From Auanema rhodensis (lineage: Eukaryota > Animalia > Nematoda): a stretch of DNA of 64,000 nt. Numbering within the stretch: position 1 is the first letter of the stretch; every line of letters starts with the position of its first letter. Of this stretch, positions 50,011 through 64,000 are shown in pieces. Both the position numbers and the translations under genes were made by a program. The notes beneath the pieces are model-generated. The model did no database searches, was not told the origin of the DNA, and saw only the letters and a program-made list of their open reading frames with translations. The stretch covers positions 14,446,001 to 14,510,000 of the forward strand of contig OZ059896.1 of the NCBI GenBank assembly GCA_964057225.1, in the 5' to 3' direction.

Positions 50011-50247
50011 TTGTCCTCTCTACCCTATTCCTTCTAGAGTTCAGCTGACTTCCTAATGCATATTGGATCTAATCTAAGCATTTTCTCAAAAATAAAGTCC
50101 AGCATTCATTTGCTTCCTGGTCCTATTTACCATTTTTCGGATACTCTGTACTAGAAATTCAAGTAACGTCTGTAGCTGCTCATTCGACCACAGCCTGGGC
50201 TACCAGCGGTCATTTTTTTATTCAGCTATAGCTTTTCTACGCTCGTC

Positions 50248-50320
50248 GACCCGAAATGGCACTGCATGAATTCACGGAATTTCAGATGCACCGTGCTTCC
50301 TGTGGTGACATGCCGGGACA
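50248..50320 (+). ncRNA. mir-228: pre-miR-228 (miR-183/263 seed family); mature 5p at 50255-50277
   Basis: AATGGCACTGCATGAATTCACGG matches the recalled nematode miR-228; complementary arm ccgtgcttcctgtggtgacat follows. Confidence 0.93.
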
Positions 50321-50988
50321 CGTGCGTTACGGTTCCATCTCGATTTTTGTATTACATTGAATACTGTAAAACTAACTTTCATAATATTTTTTTGTAACTT
50401 TTAATGGAAAAATAAGACAGAAGCAGCTTTGTTAGTTTGTTTCCAGAGATGGTTGTTCAATTCTATTGATTATTTTTGCTAAAATCATTACACCACGGTG
50501 TTAGTATGAAATTGAAATCGCAATTCATCGTAAGTTATTTCCATACTACGCCATTGAATTTTAAACAAAAATTTCGAAAGAGAAAATCTCTCTGTTACCA
50601 CATACATGTATATGCATTATCATATAAATTGCTTTGGTTGTGAGCCATGTAAATACATAAATATATTTTATTTATATTTATATCTACATATATCTATATA
50701 CCTATATCTATATACATTTATATATAAATCTCATAATTCTTTCTCTCGCTCTCTCACACTCTTAATTCATTAAGCTGTTTTTGTTAGTAAAACGTAGGCT
50801 GGACATAGATAGATCGGAAGTCAGAACAAAATTGTAATCTACAGCTATCTGATGAATTTTGTAACTTCATTCCAGACTGTATTTTCTAAGAGGATAATTT
50901 TTCTCCGTTAGCACTTCTACTTCATTTATGTTTTCTTTTTTTTCTCATCAATTATAAGGGCCTTGTCAAAGTGAAAGAGGAAGAGGAA

Positions 50989-51122
<134 letters not shown>

Positions 51123-51861
51123 AAAGAAGAAAGGTAGAGCGAAAATTGAAAAAGACAGTGTCTAGTTCTTTTTTGAATTGTCCTAAAACGAGAAGACATA
51201 CATACACACACACCACACACACATACACACAGATGGAGAAAGGGAATGACTAGCTGAGGCCTCGTACATGACGTAATCGATTCGATTTCCTCTTTTGTAA
51301 ATGCAAAAGAGAAGAGAACAGGGAAAGGGAGGGAAATTCGGGAAACAGAGAGTAATACAGTGAGTAGAAGAGATTGAATGGGAATTTTCGTGAAGCCAAT
51401 TTAAAAACTTCAAAGAAACAAAAAAATCTAAATATTATATGAAATAGCAAAATCTTTCGATACATGTAGTAGGTTTCATTCATTTTGGGGCTTTATCATG
51501 TTTATTTCAAGTTTTCATTCAAAATATAGCTGTTGATGGGAATGCTTTGAAAATTTTTCCGACTTTGAAAATGCTGTACTGTGTATATATATATATGTAT
51601 GAGGCTGACCCAATAATATTATAGTGAGGTGGCTGAATTAAACCATTGCTGTATTTACATATATAACCAGTGAAAATTCATAAATATGCTGCACGTTTAG
51701 TTGAGTTTCAATGATAACATACATTTCCTGTATTGCTTATGTGACTATCAAAAGATTTGTCGCTTTTCAATGTTGCTGCTAATCACCATTGTCACCAACT
51801 TTATGTTGTTTCGTAATCCGACAAACGATTTGTATGTCAGACATTTAAAATAAAATACTCA

Positions 51862-51864
<3 letters not shown>

Positions 51865-51898
<34 letters not shown>

Positions 51899-51908
51899 TA
51901 TATATATA
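51865..51908. repeat. (TA)n microsatellite
   Basis: tatata run. Confidence 0.9.
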
Positions 51909-54900
51909 ATATGAAGAAAACACTTCAAAATAAAATTTCTTCCTCTTATATTTCAACAAATCATATAGCATACGTGATCCATTCTTCGTTGTGTACACCC
52001 ATTTTAGTAATATGACTCACATTTCTCAATGAAAAGCGTGATTGAGCCAACAAGCCATAGCAAGTTTGTTGATCATATGTATTTTAAGCTTTATATTGGA
52101 TACATTTCAATCGTATTGCCTCGAGAAATAAAACTTCATGAACATATTTAATTGATTTCACTCATATATCTTACGTCGACGGCTCTTACCGCACAACGTT
52201 TCTGATTTTTCAGTTTGAGTTTCCGACTGAATAGATTGAGATTGAGAGAATAATCAAAATACCGTTAGATATTATTAGAGATCAGACAAAAAACATTGGA
52301 GAATTGAAAAGGAAAAGGAAGAAAATGGTTTGATTTGAAACAATGATGGTATGCTGATGTTGGGCTAGTTGCAAACCGTGAAGGAAACCCCAAAATTTGA
52401 ATTTTTAATTCAAAATATGCTTAAGTCTGACCGAGATTTATATATAGGACGATCAAATTAATGAATCTCGCTGATAGATAAGAATCTTTGAAAAACTAAA
52501 ACGTGTCTCATCTCTTTTGCTCTTAAGTGACTCCATGTGGATGACTAGCATGTAACCAATGTGATCTTCTCTTTCAAAGTTCATTTATCCTCGTCCTTTT
52601 CCAATTTTCTATTCCATACTATTAATAAGAGGTAGAAGAGGACAAGAGATAAAGAGAGATATGAGAAGAAAGAGACAGAGACGAAAAGTGGAGGATAAAG
52701 AGAAACGAGATCGAAGGAACCTTTTCTCGTATGAATTAAGAGTTGAAGGGTCCAAACAGGGGTAGAGAATAGGCTATTTGCATATGCCGGAGAAAAAGAA
52801 GTTATACAGTACACTGGTCTTTTCTATTTTTCCTCTTTGAAGTAGTAGATTATTGTATGAAAGGTGAAGAGGGAAGAGGAAGAGGAGGCTTTGCTAGAAA
52901 AGACACCATGAAAGACCCAAATACATATAGAAGGACTGTTAGAGGGAACTGAGAGGTAGAGAGAAAGGCACATTGTTTGGGACGACCTTGAAACGAGGCA
53001 ATTATCATCCCAGTCCTCTCCCCCACCTTTCGCTCAACCATCATTCGCAACCTCTTTCTCTATCTACATTCATTGAGAGGTTAAGAGAAAGTGAGAGAAA
53101 GAAGGAACAAAAACTAGAGAGGCGAAGAAGAAACAACGAGAGGAGGAAAGGAGGGAAAAGAGAGAGAATGAACGATAGAGAGAGTGAGAGACCTACAGCA
53201 GCATTTCGTTTCTATTTCGGAGGGAGAAGAAGACCGAATTCGTCGGCATGAGGCCCGACGGCTACCAAACTTGAAAATTCATGCAAACAGACTATCTAGG
53301 GGCTACTCTTCTCATGAAAGTTCGCAAGTAAAGGATTAAAAATCCTAAAATACTCTGCGACTTGCCAAAGAGTTTTGATACATAATCACCTGAAAAAACT
53401 CTTTAATCTCGATATATTTATGGAAAATTGTATGTGAAACGAATAAACAACTAGTATTGAGACCTAACACTTGATTTTCTGTAATATTTTGCATTTTATA
53501 AGGCTGTAAAATAGGGATTTAGCAAAGTTTTGCTAGTTTTACTTGGTTAAATAAATACAAAAGCGGAGAACCAACGTAAGATTGCATTTTCAACAAAACT
53601 AAAAAGATCAACTACAACTTAAAATGGCAATAGTTTATGGTGTATATTCCTTTTTTTTCTCAGAATTTCGATATTTTCTGAATGAAAGAGAGCAACAAAA
53701 CCTCAGAGGTCATTGGCAAAACTTCTCTGATGTTGCTGTCAGCATGTGCTGACTCAATAACATTTCATCTGGTCATCTGGTAAATAGAATATAAAATTCT
53801 GGAAAGTTCCACTGATTTATTATTTCGAAACATCAAATGATGGCTAGATCAATGCCGTGCTCTCTTTTCGTTTCTTTAGATGTTTTCTTGGCATATTATT
53901 TATCTTATTAGACAATGTGTACTTTAAGAAGAGGCTATGCATGAGGGATTTTGGGTTTTTACAATTTTGTCTCGCAAAGTAAAGTTTTTTGCGTTGTGTT
54001 TCACTAGTCTTATATAGGAAAAAGGCCTAGAAAAACGTAGTGAACATCTAATGCCTTGATTGTGCAGGAGAGTTGAAAGAGAAGATACCAATGAAAACAA
54101 CAAAGATGGGAAATGTCGTTTTTCATTTTCTCTTATCCACCAATGTACAGTCAGTGCCAATTGGTTGGAGCGCGAATGATGTTCAAGAATAAATCTGGAA
54201 TCAGTTATTCGCTCCCAGCAATTGTTCGTAAATCAATTTTAATGGCAAGAAAAACGATAGATAATTGATTTGGAGGAATAATTATCATTGGAACTGAAGA
54301 AATGTATAATTCATTCATATAAAAAGTACATGAAATACATTTAATGTTATAAATAATTACTATGGTTCAACTTTATACATAGATATAACCCAATTTACTA
54401 TGTTTTTTTCGCTGGAACCTAACAACAACAATTAAAAACAAAAAGGTTTCAAACAATGCAATTCAGAAGTTAGTTGATAATCCCCTCAAGCACATACAGA
54501 ATTGTAATTGCATTGGCCTAGTTTACTATTGAAACCAATACGAATAGCTAGTTATATGAAGATTTAGCAAAGACAGACTAACTACTTTTCTCGCAATTTA
54601 GATCTCTTATGAGAGAGATCAAAGATTTGACATATTGTACCAAGCTACCTGTGGAATATATTTTCTTGGTGTCCAGTTGATGACCCGCTCACAGAAACAT
54701 TGAAACTTTTTTGAATTGGTAAAACTTTTGACTTTCGAGTGCCACACAGCGCCAGCTCAGTCGACAATGTTATCCAGACATTTATGTAAATGTCATTTCA
54801 TTGTCATTGATTTGTCGCCTAAAAACAAATAAATAAGTACGACAGGCAATGATCACCAGATTTTGTTTTTCATCCATTTTCTCTGTTCTCCTTTCTCTAA

Positions 54901-56101
54901 TGTTTCCTCTTAGGTCTCTCACGATAAGACAAAGGAAATGAAGAGTATGGGGGAGCCGTGCATGCGACTTGATTCGTGTGTCGCCCAAGCCTTAACGGCC
55001 CTGGAGACACAGCTGGCAGCAGTGGCGATTGTGTCGAACGATAACGCTCTTTGTCTAAAGAGAGTATGAAAGAAACACAGATTATGAGAAAGAGGGAAGA
55101 ATGGTAGGATGAAGAGAAAAGAGGGAAATTGAGCGCAGGGAGGGAATGGGGCCAAAGGTAACATAGAAAAGAAGAAAACTTAGCAGATGAGTATATGTCA
55201 GTCTGTCGCGCCCATACAGCCACACGTCAAAAATGAATGGTATTTGAGGGGATTACGTTGTACATCTTAGAAATGTAATTTTCGGCTAAGATACGGTAAT
55301 TATCATTCTATTCGGCCATGAAAGGACACAAAAGCAGAATAGTTTATGATGACATTTTGAAAGAAAAAAGGATTGAACATTCTAATCTATTTACTTATTA
55401 TATTATTTGAGAAAAACTAAATTAGATATATCTGAGCAGCTTGAAATTTCAAACTAGTTTATAACATACCTTTCTTGTTGTACATATGTAATTCTTTCAG
55501 ATAGCTCCACCATATCCAATAGAAATAATTCATCCATCTTTAAACATTTCCTTTTAAATTCTTCTCCTAATTCTGGGGGCACAACCGCTCTCGTTAGATA
55601 TAAATTGGAAAATAAAAATGAGCGTGTGACGTATTTCACGTAATTTAATTCACATATTCACTCAATTATCCAATTTCCTTCTATATATTTATGATATATT
55701 TGATTTCTAAAATAATAAAATTGAAAGTTCTATGTTGATGAATGAATTGTATTATATTGTTTCCATGTCTCCTGATCCACTGCTGCATGTTTAATCCGTA
55801 TTTTAAGGATTTCTGAAAAAAATAATCCGTTGAAGCCAAAAAAATCTGCCACTTTAACTTCATGAAATCTTTCTTATTCAGAATCATGCCCAAGATATCC
55901 TCCAGCAGCTATCTTCGAACAAAACTTTTCTTTTCACATATGCAAAAGTTTGCCATCACAACGCATTCTCATGCAAAATATTGTATTTGTATAACTATTT
56001 TTTTACACTTTTTATAATTTACTATACTCCCATGCATTTAAATTTCTTACATCACCATATAGAAGCACACCAACAAGCATTAGTTCGTGAGATGGATCGT
56101 A

Positions 56102-56162
56102 CTGTTTGGCACTTGCGAACGCTCGGGCTATAAGAGACTCGACGGTCCTGGGTGCCAAGCAG
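56102..56162 (+). ncRNA. mir-790: pre-miR-790-like (miR-96 seed UUGGCAC); mature 5p at ~56105-56126
   Basis: TTTGGCACTTGCGAACGCTCGG resembles recalled miR-790 CUUGGCACUCGCGAACACCGCG; ctgtttggcact pairs with gggtgccaagcag. Confidence 0.82.
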
Positions 56163-56312
56163 AAATATTCCAAAATATCATGAAAATTGCTGTAATAATC
56201 GCTTTATGTACACCAGTCATACACACTGTATATAAAACAACAAAAACATTGTAAACAATATAAAATACTTTAATAATAAATAAGTCCAAGTAAACATAAA
56301 CAGGAGATCTGA

Positions 56313-57814
56313 TCATTCATCTTCCAATGTGTTATTAGGAAGCCATAAACTCTGTAAAGTAAGTAATTAAAATTTTAGTTGTGTTCTTCTTTTCATATAA
56401 GACAATGATACTTACCAATTTACTACAAGCTGTAGCGAGCATGAAAAATTTAGGATTAAACCTTGTAATACGCATAGATGAATCATGCTCTGTTAATGTT
56501 CGGAATACTAAGTTACCTAAGAAAAAAAAACAAAATTTAATTTTAACAAAAAAATGCTTACCAGTCTCAGCATACCAGCAATGTAAGTTAGAATCAGAAG
56601 ATCCGCAAAATACAAATTGGGAGTCGGGGGTGAAAGTAGCCTCCATTGTCTCACACTTAATTAAACAGTATTATAGAAAAAATATAAACAATTAAAAGTG
56701 AATATCTGGATAAAAATTATATAAATAACTTTTCTACTATATTTTAAATCAAAAGTTAATAAGTTAGAAAGTTCAGGACAATCAAAACAAACCTTTTCAT
56801 TGGTATGACCTCGTAATACACATTTAGTATCACCGTGAAAAGCATCAACTATCCTAAAAGGTTAAAACAACAATTTCAAAATCATTGACACAACTTCACA
56901 TACTTAATATGGTCACTATTCGTATTTAGCATAATCAATTTTCCATCAGGAGAGAACTCTAATCCGGTCCACTCAACATGATCAGGCTCTTTTCCAACAA
57001 CAAAAGTCATGAAAGGGCCCTATGAATATTATTTAATAAAAAATTATAAATATACTCATGTTACCTTATCAAATGAACGAAGATCGTACAACTTTATATG
57101 CTCATTGTTTATGCCTGCTCCGAAAATAAGGCCTTCAGGATCAAAAGCAGCAATAGCTCTGCCGTTTACTTGCATCAGACCCTGGAATTAAAACAAATTT
57201 AGGAGGTTATAGACCGATTAAAGGCAAAAAAGGACCAACCTGACAATTTTGAGATCGTAGATCCCACAGACGTATGGTTTTATCTAAAGAACCGGAGAGG
57301 AACATATCATCTTGTGGGGACATACATAAACATGTTACTCTAGAATTAAAGAAATCAAATAAGAACTTGATGCTCTTCAACGTCTACTTACTTTTTTGTA
57401 TGACCCGGGAAGTACCTGAGATACTTGTTATCATGTAACGATAAATAGCGCAAGGAATCTTGAAAAATGGTTTATAATAAATATCTTAATCGTTTCTATT
57501 TACCATCTACTTTAGTGGAACTATGGATAGCTGTACTAGGATTATGGGCATAACGTATTAATCCTACTCCATATTTTTTACTATTAACTTGCTTAAATTG
57601 TAATTTTTTTATATTGAAATCATTAGTCAATACTCACAATTCCTTTGTCTCGAACTCCTGCGGTTAAATTATAAACCACAATACTATCATCGTCACTAGA
57701 AGTAATCATAGAAGTTCCATCAGGACTAAAATCAATACAGTTTATCTTGAAAGCATTTTCTGTAAAAGTTTTAGCACAGTCAATATTGCGTATTTTCGCT
57801 GCGTCCAGCTTCAT
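56313..57814 (-). CDS. swd-2: WDR82/Swd2 WD40 protein (spliced)
   Basis: [83 protein letters not shown]. Confidence 0.93.
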
Positions 57815-58312
57815 CTAAAATAAGCTTATCTAATATAAAAAATTTAAGAACCATGATACGAAGAGAAAAACGTTTTCAAGTGAAGTAACTATTATTTAAA
57901 TTCAAATTCTAGTTGCCCTTACAAAAAATCTTCAATTAAGAAAATTGGTAAACAGAGGTCGCACATTTTTTTAAATACAAATGTAACTTCCTTTATGTTA
58001 ATAATTGTTTTGTTTTTTTAAAATAAGAAGTGTAAAACAACTTTAGTTTTATGTTTCATAAGGCGGCGGAACAATTTGTTTAAAAAAGCTTTAAATAGCT
58101 TTTATTTAAAGCGTTTAGAGACTCCTTTGGTGAGTTAGATGTGCAGGCAAGGGGGCGTGGTTTACTTGGTTGCCAGCGTTGCGGCTATTTTAAGCATTAA
58201 TTATTTAAATTCTATATTTATGATAACTTGTATTAATATCCTAGTGATGAAAATTAACTATATAATTTTATTTCAATTTTGTACTAAAAATTTTATTATA
58301 TAACTACAGTCC

Positions 58313-61300
58313 ATGGGTGACTCAGCGAATTCTCCTTCTGATGCTATTCCGAACGTAGTACCGGAAATCGACATCAAGACAGAGGTATAGTGTATAATGA
58401 TGTTGATTAAATAAAAATTTAAAGCTTGAAAAATTAAAAAAATTTTTTCTGTGAATTACGATATTTTTTGGAATTTTGTTCCTGTCCCTCGGTTACTATT
58501 AAAATATTCAAATGTATATTGCAAAACATAAGTCATAAAAGGATTATTATCAATACCTATAAATAAAATAAGAAAATATACATGATTAGTCTTTACATCG
58601 TTAACCTGCAAAATTTAGCCTGATTTTCGAGACGCGATCACAAGTCCTCCTGTGAAATGGAAGAAAGTAACCAGTAGCCAAGGTGCAACCCCAAGGTAAT
58701 TCTGTTAATGAACTTAATATGCTAGTTTTTAAAAACTATTCAGACCTAGGCATGGTCATCGAGCAGTTTCTATCAAAGATTTAATGATTGTTTTTGGTGG
58801 AGGAAATGAAGGCATAGTTGATGAACTACATGTCTATAATACAAGTATTAAAAAAATTATATTATCGTTTGTTATTGAACTTTATTAGCCACAAATCAAT
58901 GGTTTGTTCCATCTGTTCGAGGTGATATCCCTCATGGTTGCGCTGCTTACGGTATTGTTTGTAATGGTACTTCTATTTACATTTTCGGTGGGATGGTTGA
59001 ATTCGGCAGGTACGAATTGTGAGATATTTTGAAAACAATTTCTCACTTTCTAGGTATACTAATGACCTCTATGAATTGCAAGCTTCTCGGTGGGAATGGA
59101 GAAAACTTAGACCAAGACCGCCACGTGATGGATCACCAGCTCCTTGTCCACGCTTGGGACATACTATTGTTTTAGATAGTGCCCAGGTACTTCACATCAT
59201 ATGTCTGCTTATTCACGAGCTTATCTTCTAGTGTTGTTATGTTTTTGGTGGTCTTTCAAACGAATCATCTGACCCTAAGAACAATGTTGCTAGATATTTA
59301 AATGATTTATATATTTTGGATATGAAACAATCATCCAATAACTTGCAATGGCAAAACCCAAAGGTGATGAAATATTATGACATGAGGTTGTTATCTTCGG
59401 TCTTCAGACATACGGTCCTGAGCCTTATCCAAGAGAATCGCATTCTGCTATCCTTTACGAAGGTAACGGCAGAAGGCAAATGATCGTATATGGAGGTATG
59501 AATGGGTGTCGCTTAGGTGATGTATGGATTTTGGATCTGGAAACGATGCACTGGTCGAGCCCAATTGTAACAAAAAACAATTCTTATTAAATTTTAAATC
59601 TCATGTTTTAGCCTGATGGAATCGCACCACTTCCACGTTCTCTCCATACTGCCAACATAATTGGCGATAGAATGTTTATCTATGGAGGATGGGTGAGTGG
59701 ATACATTTTCTTCATTTTCAAAGTTATTTTCGTCAGGTTCCTTTGACATTTGATCCTGACAACGATGAAGGCCATATTGAAAAGGAATGGAAATGCACAA
59801 ACACTTTGGGAGTTTTAAATATCAGAGAAATGATCTGGGAAACTGTTAATCCACCTTTCTATGAAGGTTGTTCTTTCTATACTATATATTTATCAACATT
59901 GTAATTGTTATAGAAGGACTACCTCGTGCTCGCGCAGGTCACTGTGCTGTCGTTGTTAATAAGAGAGTTTGGGTCTGGTCCGGTAGAGATGGATATCGAA
60001 AAGCATGGAACAACCAGGCATTTCATAATTCTTGAAAATTTTGATCTATATTTATTGTTCAGGTATGCTGTAAGGATATGTGGTTCCTTGAAACGGAGGT
60101 TCCTGATAGACCTGGTAAAGTTCAATTGATCCGTGCTCAAGTAAATGCTCTCGAGGTTTGTATTTCCTTACATTTTTTCTATTTATTTATAATTAATTCA
60201 GGTTAGCTGGGTGGGGGTTCCTACTGCTGAAGCGTATCTTTTACAATTACAAAAGGTTGATATGAGTAAAGAAGATGAGAGTAAGTATTGAAGCATATTT
60301 CTTTTTTGAGTTTGGAATTTCAGAAACTAAAGTAGCTTTAAAACCCAAAATGCTTGTGCGTGCTGGTGTTGGTCCTACGTATATGAAAGTAGTGAAGAAT
60401 GGAAGTCCACAGGTTCTGCGGGTGATGAAGCCTGGTGGCCCAGCTATGTCTACGGTTAAACCTGGTGCAAAAACTATAATTATTACAAAGCCAAATCCTG
60501 CTACGGGTCAAAAGTCTTTTTTTTTACCAAGAGGCAAATGGAGGAATTCAAATTTTGCAGATTAGTATATGTCGCAAGCGGAGGTAGTGGTGGGCCAGAG
60601 GGCGTATCGCCTCTCTCAACACAAGGAACGACATATACTGCTCCCCAAAATTCTGCTAGCCAGGACGAAGGAGGTCTTCCACAAAATTTATTCGATGAAG
60701 GCAGTGGTGATGATAATACTCCGCCTTCTCCTTCCAAAGTTGTACATCCCGTAATCAGTTTTTATAAAAACCGAGTAAATGTTTGGTTTATAGGCTGATC
60801 CTGAGCATTCTCAACCCCACAATGAACATCAGGGATCAGAATCAGATGCTCTCAATTCTGAGCCAGATGTTAACAACCTTCCCGGACTTAGTCCTAGAAA
60901 CAATGTAAGTTCTGTTAAAATTCTCATCATTTCAAATATTTTTCAAATTCAGAGTAGTCAAGCAGATTGTGAAGATGTTTGGTATGATGTTGGTATAATA
61001 AAAGCAACCAACTTATCTATTTCTCATTATTATTTACCTGGTGACATATCATTAGAGAAAACATATGGAGTATGTTAAAGTAAATATTTCTTTCCTAAAT
61101 TAGTGTTTAAGACCATGGAGTTTGAAATGCAAGGGTACCCAGACATGTGCTTATCAAAGAAGGTAGAGTTGGAGCCGGGACATGCATACAAGTTCCGTGT
61201 TGCCGGTTTGAATTCCCTTGGAAGAGGGCCTTGGTCTGATGTCGCTTCATTCAAAGTAAGATCTTGAAATTTGTTCTGTTTCTATTACAATTTTTAGACC

Positions 61301-62030
61301 TGTCTTCCTGGTTTCCCAGGTGCTCCATCATCCATTAAAATTACAAAAAGCCCCGATGGAGCTCATCTTACCTGGGAAGCTCCAGCTAATGCATGTGGCA
61401 AGTTTAAATAAGCTATTTCTTATGATAGTGTTGAGTTACAGGGCGTGTTACCGAATATAGTGTGTACTTGGCCGTTAGGAATAATTCGGCAAACCCAGAC
61501 TCAGCGTTAGCTTTTATGAGGTTAATGAAAATAATGTTTTTTCTTCAGTTAAAGCTTCAAATCAAAAATAAAAACCATTTAAAACCATTTCGTGACTTAC
61601 TCATGTTTATTTTCCTTTCCCAAAATATAAAATGTAGAATAAGATTTGAATGTTTTCACGTAAATTAGACGTGTAAATTGATCTATTTTGTCTTTCTTTG
61701 TATTGAAGCAGCATTTTTTTGTTTCTAGAGTTTATGTTGGTCCTGAGCCTTTGTGTATTGTTGGTCAGAGCAACTTGGGTGCAGCATTTGTTGACACATC
61801 TTCTAAACCAGCCATTATTTTCCGTATTGCAGCCAGAAATGAAAAGGTAATCCTTATTTTTTTTTGATAGCTCTGTTAAAAAAAAACATTTTTTCTAGGG
61901 TTATGGACCAGCTACACAAGTAAGGTGGCTTCAAGAACAAAAGCCTGCCGTTATGTCAAGGTACCCAGTCAGTAGTATTCATAACCCTACTGGTTTCTAT
62001 GCCGCCGTTAAGCGAGGCCGCTTGGATTAA
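58313..62030 (+). CDS. hcf-1: Host cell factor 1 (Kelch plus Fn3; spliced)
   Basis: [85 protein letters not shown]. Confidence 0.96.
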
Positions 62031-62262
62031 CTTCACAAGTTATGTAATATTAATATTCCTGTGCATTCCGTGCATCTAAATTACGGATCTCTATTTCATC
62101 TTAATGTGCTCTTATGGCTTCACGGTTGATAGTTAAACTATTGTAGAGTGACTGTGTTAATAAATACTATTTATGAAATTTAAATCGGACAATACGAAGA
62201 CATTTTGACTAGAATAAAAAAAAAATAATCATCCTTATGATGCAAAATAGTATTAATTAGTT

Positions 62263-64000
62263 TTAAAACAGCGTATAACGCCCTGTGTTGTGTTTTCTCA
62301 TAGCATAGTAGTGAGGTCTTCTTGAAGCACTTTCTCTAATTTCCCTTCCCAAAGATTTACAATTCAGTTTTTGAAACTGATGGATAGCTCTTTTGAAGTT
62401 CTGAACATCATAATGAATACAAATAGTGATATTATCATCCATACCTTATCCTTTTTCCATGGCAATACCAAATTTGCAGTCAAGTGACCGTCAGCAGAAC
62501 TGCTGGCCATAATCAAAAATCTTTTGTCATTATCACCAGCTACACTACAGGGGCACTCACGATAATCAGAAGTAAGTCTAATTTCTAAAAATTTTCTATT
62601 TGAGAAAAGAAATAAGAGAAGAAAAAAGATATTCATAAATATCTTACCAGTTTCTGGAACATTTCTTCTGCGATCACCCTTCTTCAGACTACGTCCGCCT
62701 CTTACAGTAATGTGAGTTCCACTCAATTTTCCAATTTTGCCCTTGAGCACTAAAATACTCCATGTTCCATAGCATTTACAGGGTATGAATAAATTATTCT
62801 AACCTAATGTGCTTCGACAAAACTGGTCGACAAGATTTTCGTATGTAGAAACTTGATTGCAGGCTGGACAGCTGATGTCAGAAGCTGAAATTCGATATTT
62901 GAGATAAAAGACTACCGACACCACGTATGTGAGCAACACTAAGAAGTCGAAGGAAAATTAGACGAAAATCCCTCGGGCTAGAACATAAGGCTGGACATAG
63001 GACGAAAACAGGGAAGGTGGATAAGGACCAAAACCTGGCTCATATGCCACAACAATCGTTAATATAGATGAGCCAGCCGAGAAAAGAATAGCGTAATTTC
63101 ATAAAATATTTCAGGAATCGCGCTTAGGTTAAAGGAAATTTTTGATTCTTAGGATTTTCTTTTTCAGTTCTTGTATCTATTGACTACTGTGAAAACACAA
63201 AATAAACTTCCACAAAATATATAAACCAAGAACTTGATTGAACGATAAGACGAGCTGAGAGCAAGCTTCAATGCAATATAAAAATGAGAGAAGAAGACAA
63301 AAAATCTATAATAGGAAACAATGACGGAACTCAACAAGTTATTAGAGCAGAAGGAAATTTTTTTATAGTTTATACAAGAGCGCAAGCAAGAAAGTAGCAT
63401 AATGCTGGCAAGTAATACCCGAATATATATACAAAATGAGATTAAAGCAATTGACTAGGTCAAAAAAAATGAGAAAAATGAAGAAGCAGTAAAGAAAACA
63501 AACTTTTTTGTTGGCTAACTTGTTCTATGCACATGTTGTTATCTTCTGGATATTTCTCGCATGAGAGCATATCCGGCCATGGAAAACCATAATTTCTCAT
63601 TCTATTCTCACATCCCTATAAAGGAAAAGTTAAGACTCTGAATACTTGATATCTTATACCTGCTTGACAGCTAAACATAGAGATCTACAAGGTAAGATTT
63701 CTCGATCCATTGATGGAATACAAATCGGAGCAAATAGGGAACAAAGAAAAAGCTAAACAATCTTATTCGGAACGAAATTGAAAGATGAATGGATGAAAAA
63801 GGATAAAAATTCGGAAAATCAGCGCAGAAATTACGAGAACTTGATTTAATTTGAAATTCATAAGAACTAATCTGTTTCTTTATCGCAGTTATTCATCTTG
63901 AGAAAATGATATTAAGATTACTGACCTGAGTATCCGGGTGGCAATTGAGTTTCAGAAGGGATTCCCAGTCCCTTGAAGCATGAATAGCTTCATTTAGAGT
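62263..64000 (-). CDS. sfrp-1: Secreted frizzled-related protein, 3' part (Fz CRD plus NTR); 5' end lies beyond the window
   Basis: WESLLKLNCHPDTQLFLCSLFAPIC...PCRSLCLAVKQGCE...GFPWPDMLSCEKYPEDNNMC (CRD), then CPACNQV...FCRS...CPC NTR domain. Confidence 0.9.

Noticed and set aside
53690-53738. Hairpin AGCAACA...TCAGAG/CTCTGA...TGTTGCT between the two miRNAs (possible third cluster member)
   Set aside because: Large asymmetric bulge, and the TTGGCA sequence lies in the loop rather than an arm.
58313-62030. HCF-1 lacks HCF-PRO proteolytic repeats
   Set aside because: Expected for invertebrate HCF; not novel.

Overview
AT-rich, intron-dense genomic DNA from a rhabditid-type nematode (most introns ~40-55 nt, trans-splice-like acceptors before ATGs, operon-like spacing). 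The species cannot be determined from sequence. Spliced genes assembled by hand, in order: MFSD5/samt-1 (-), an unannotated-looking 58-aa TOM6-like gene (-), cpt-2, prx-14, nuaf-3 (+), ngn-1 (+), mdf-2/MAD2 (-), dnj-11/DNAJC2 (+), then a rapidly rearranging 13-kb array of Golgi-type Sulfotransfer_2 genes with nested inverted duplications (17.1-30.1 kb). After that come an ANKS3-like gene (+), PICK1 (-), cosa-1 (-), drp-1, a cec-6-like chromodomain gene and ARIH2/ariadne-2 (+), a 7-kb non-coding block with mir-228 and a mir-790-like hairpin, WDR82/swd-2 (-), hcf-1 (+) and the 3' part of sfrp-1 (-). Most notable unexplained signals: (1) a strand-specific ~110-nt three-way-junction RNA between cosa-1 and PICK1; (2) a densely structured, H/ACA-like 650-nt intron in ARIH2; (3) the TOM6-like microprotein; (4) sulfotransferase paralogs that lost PAPS-binding residues but keep open frames; (5) a DRP-1 cassette exon adding an RVxF PP1-docking motif. 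Coordinates are gene spans including introns. Orthology and C. elegans synteny statements are from recall and were not database-checked.
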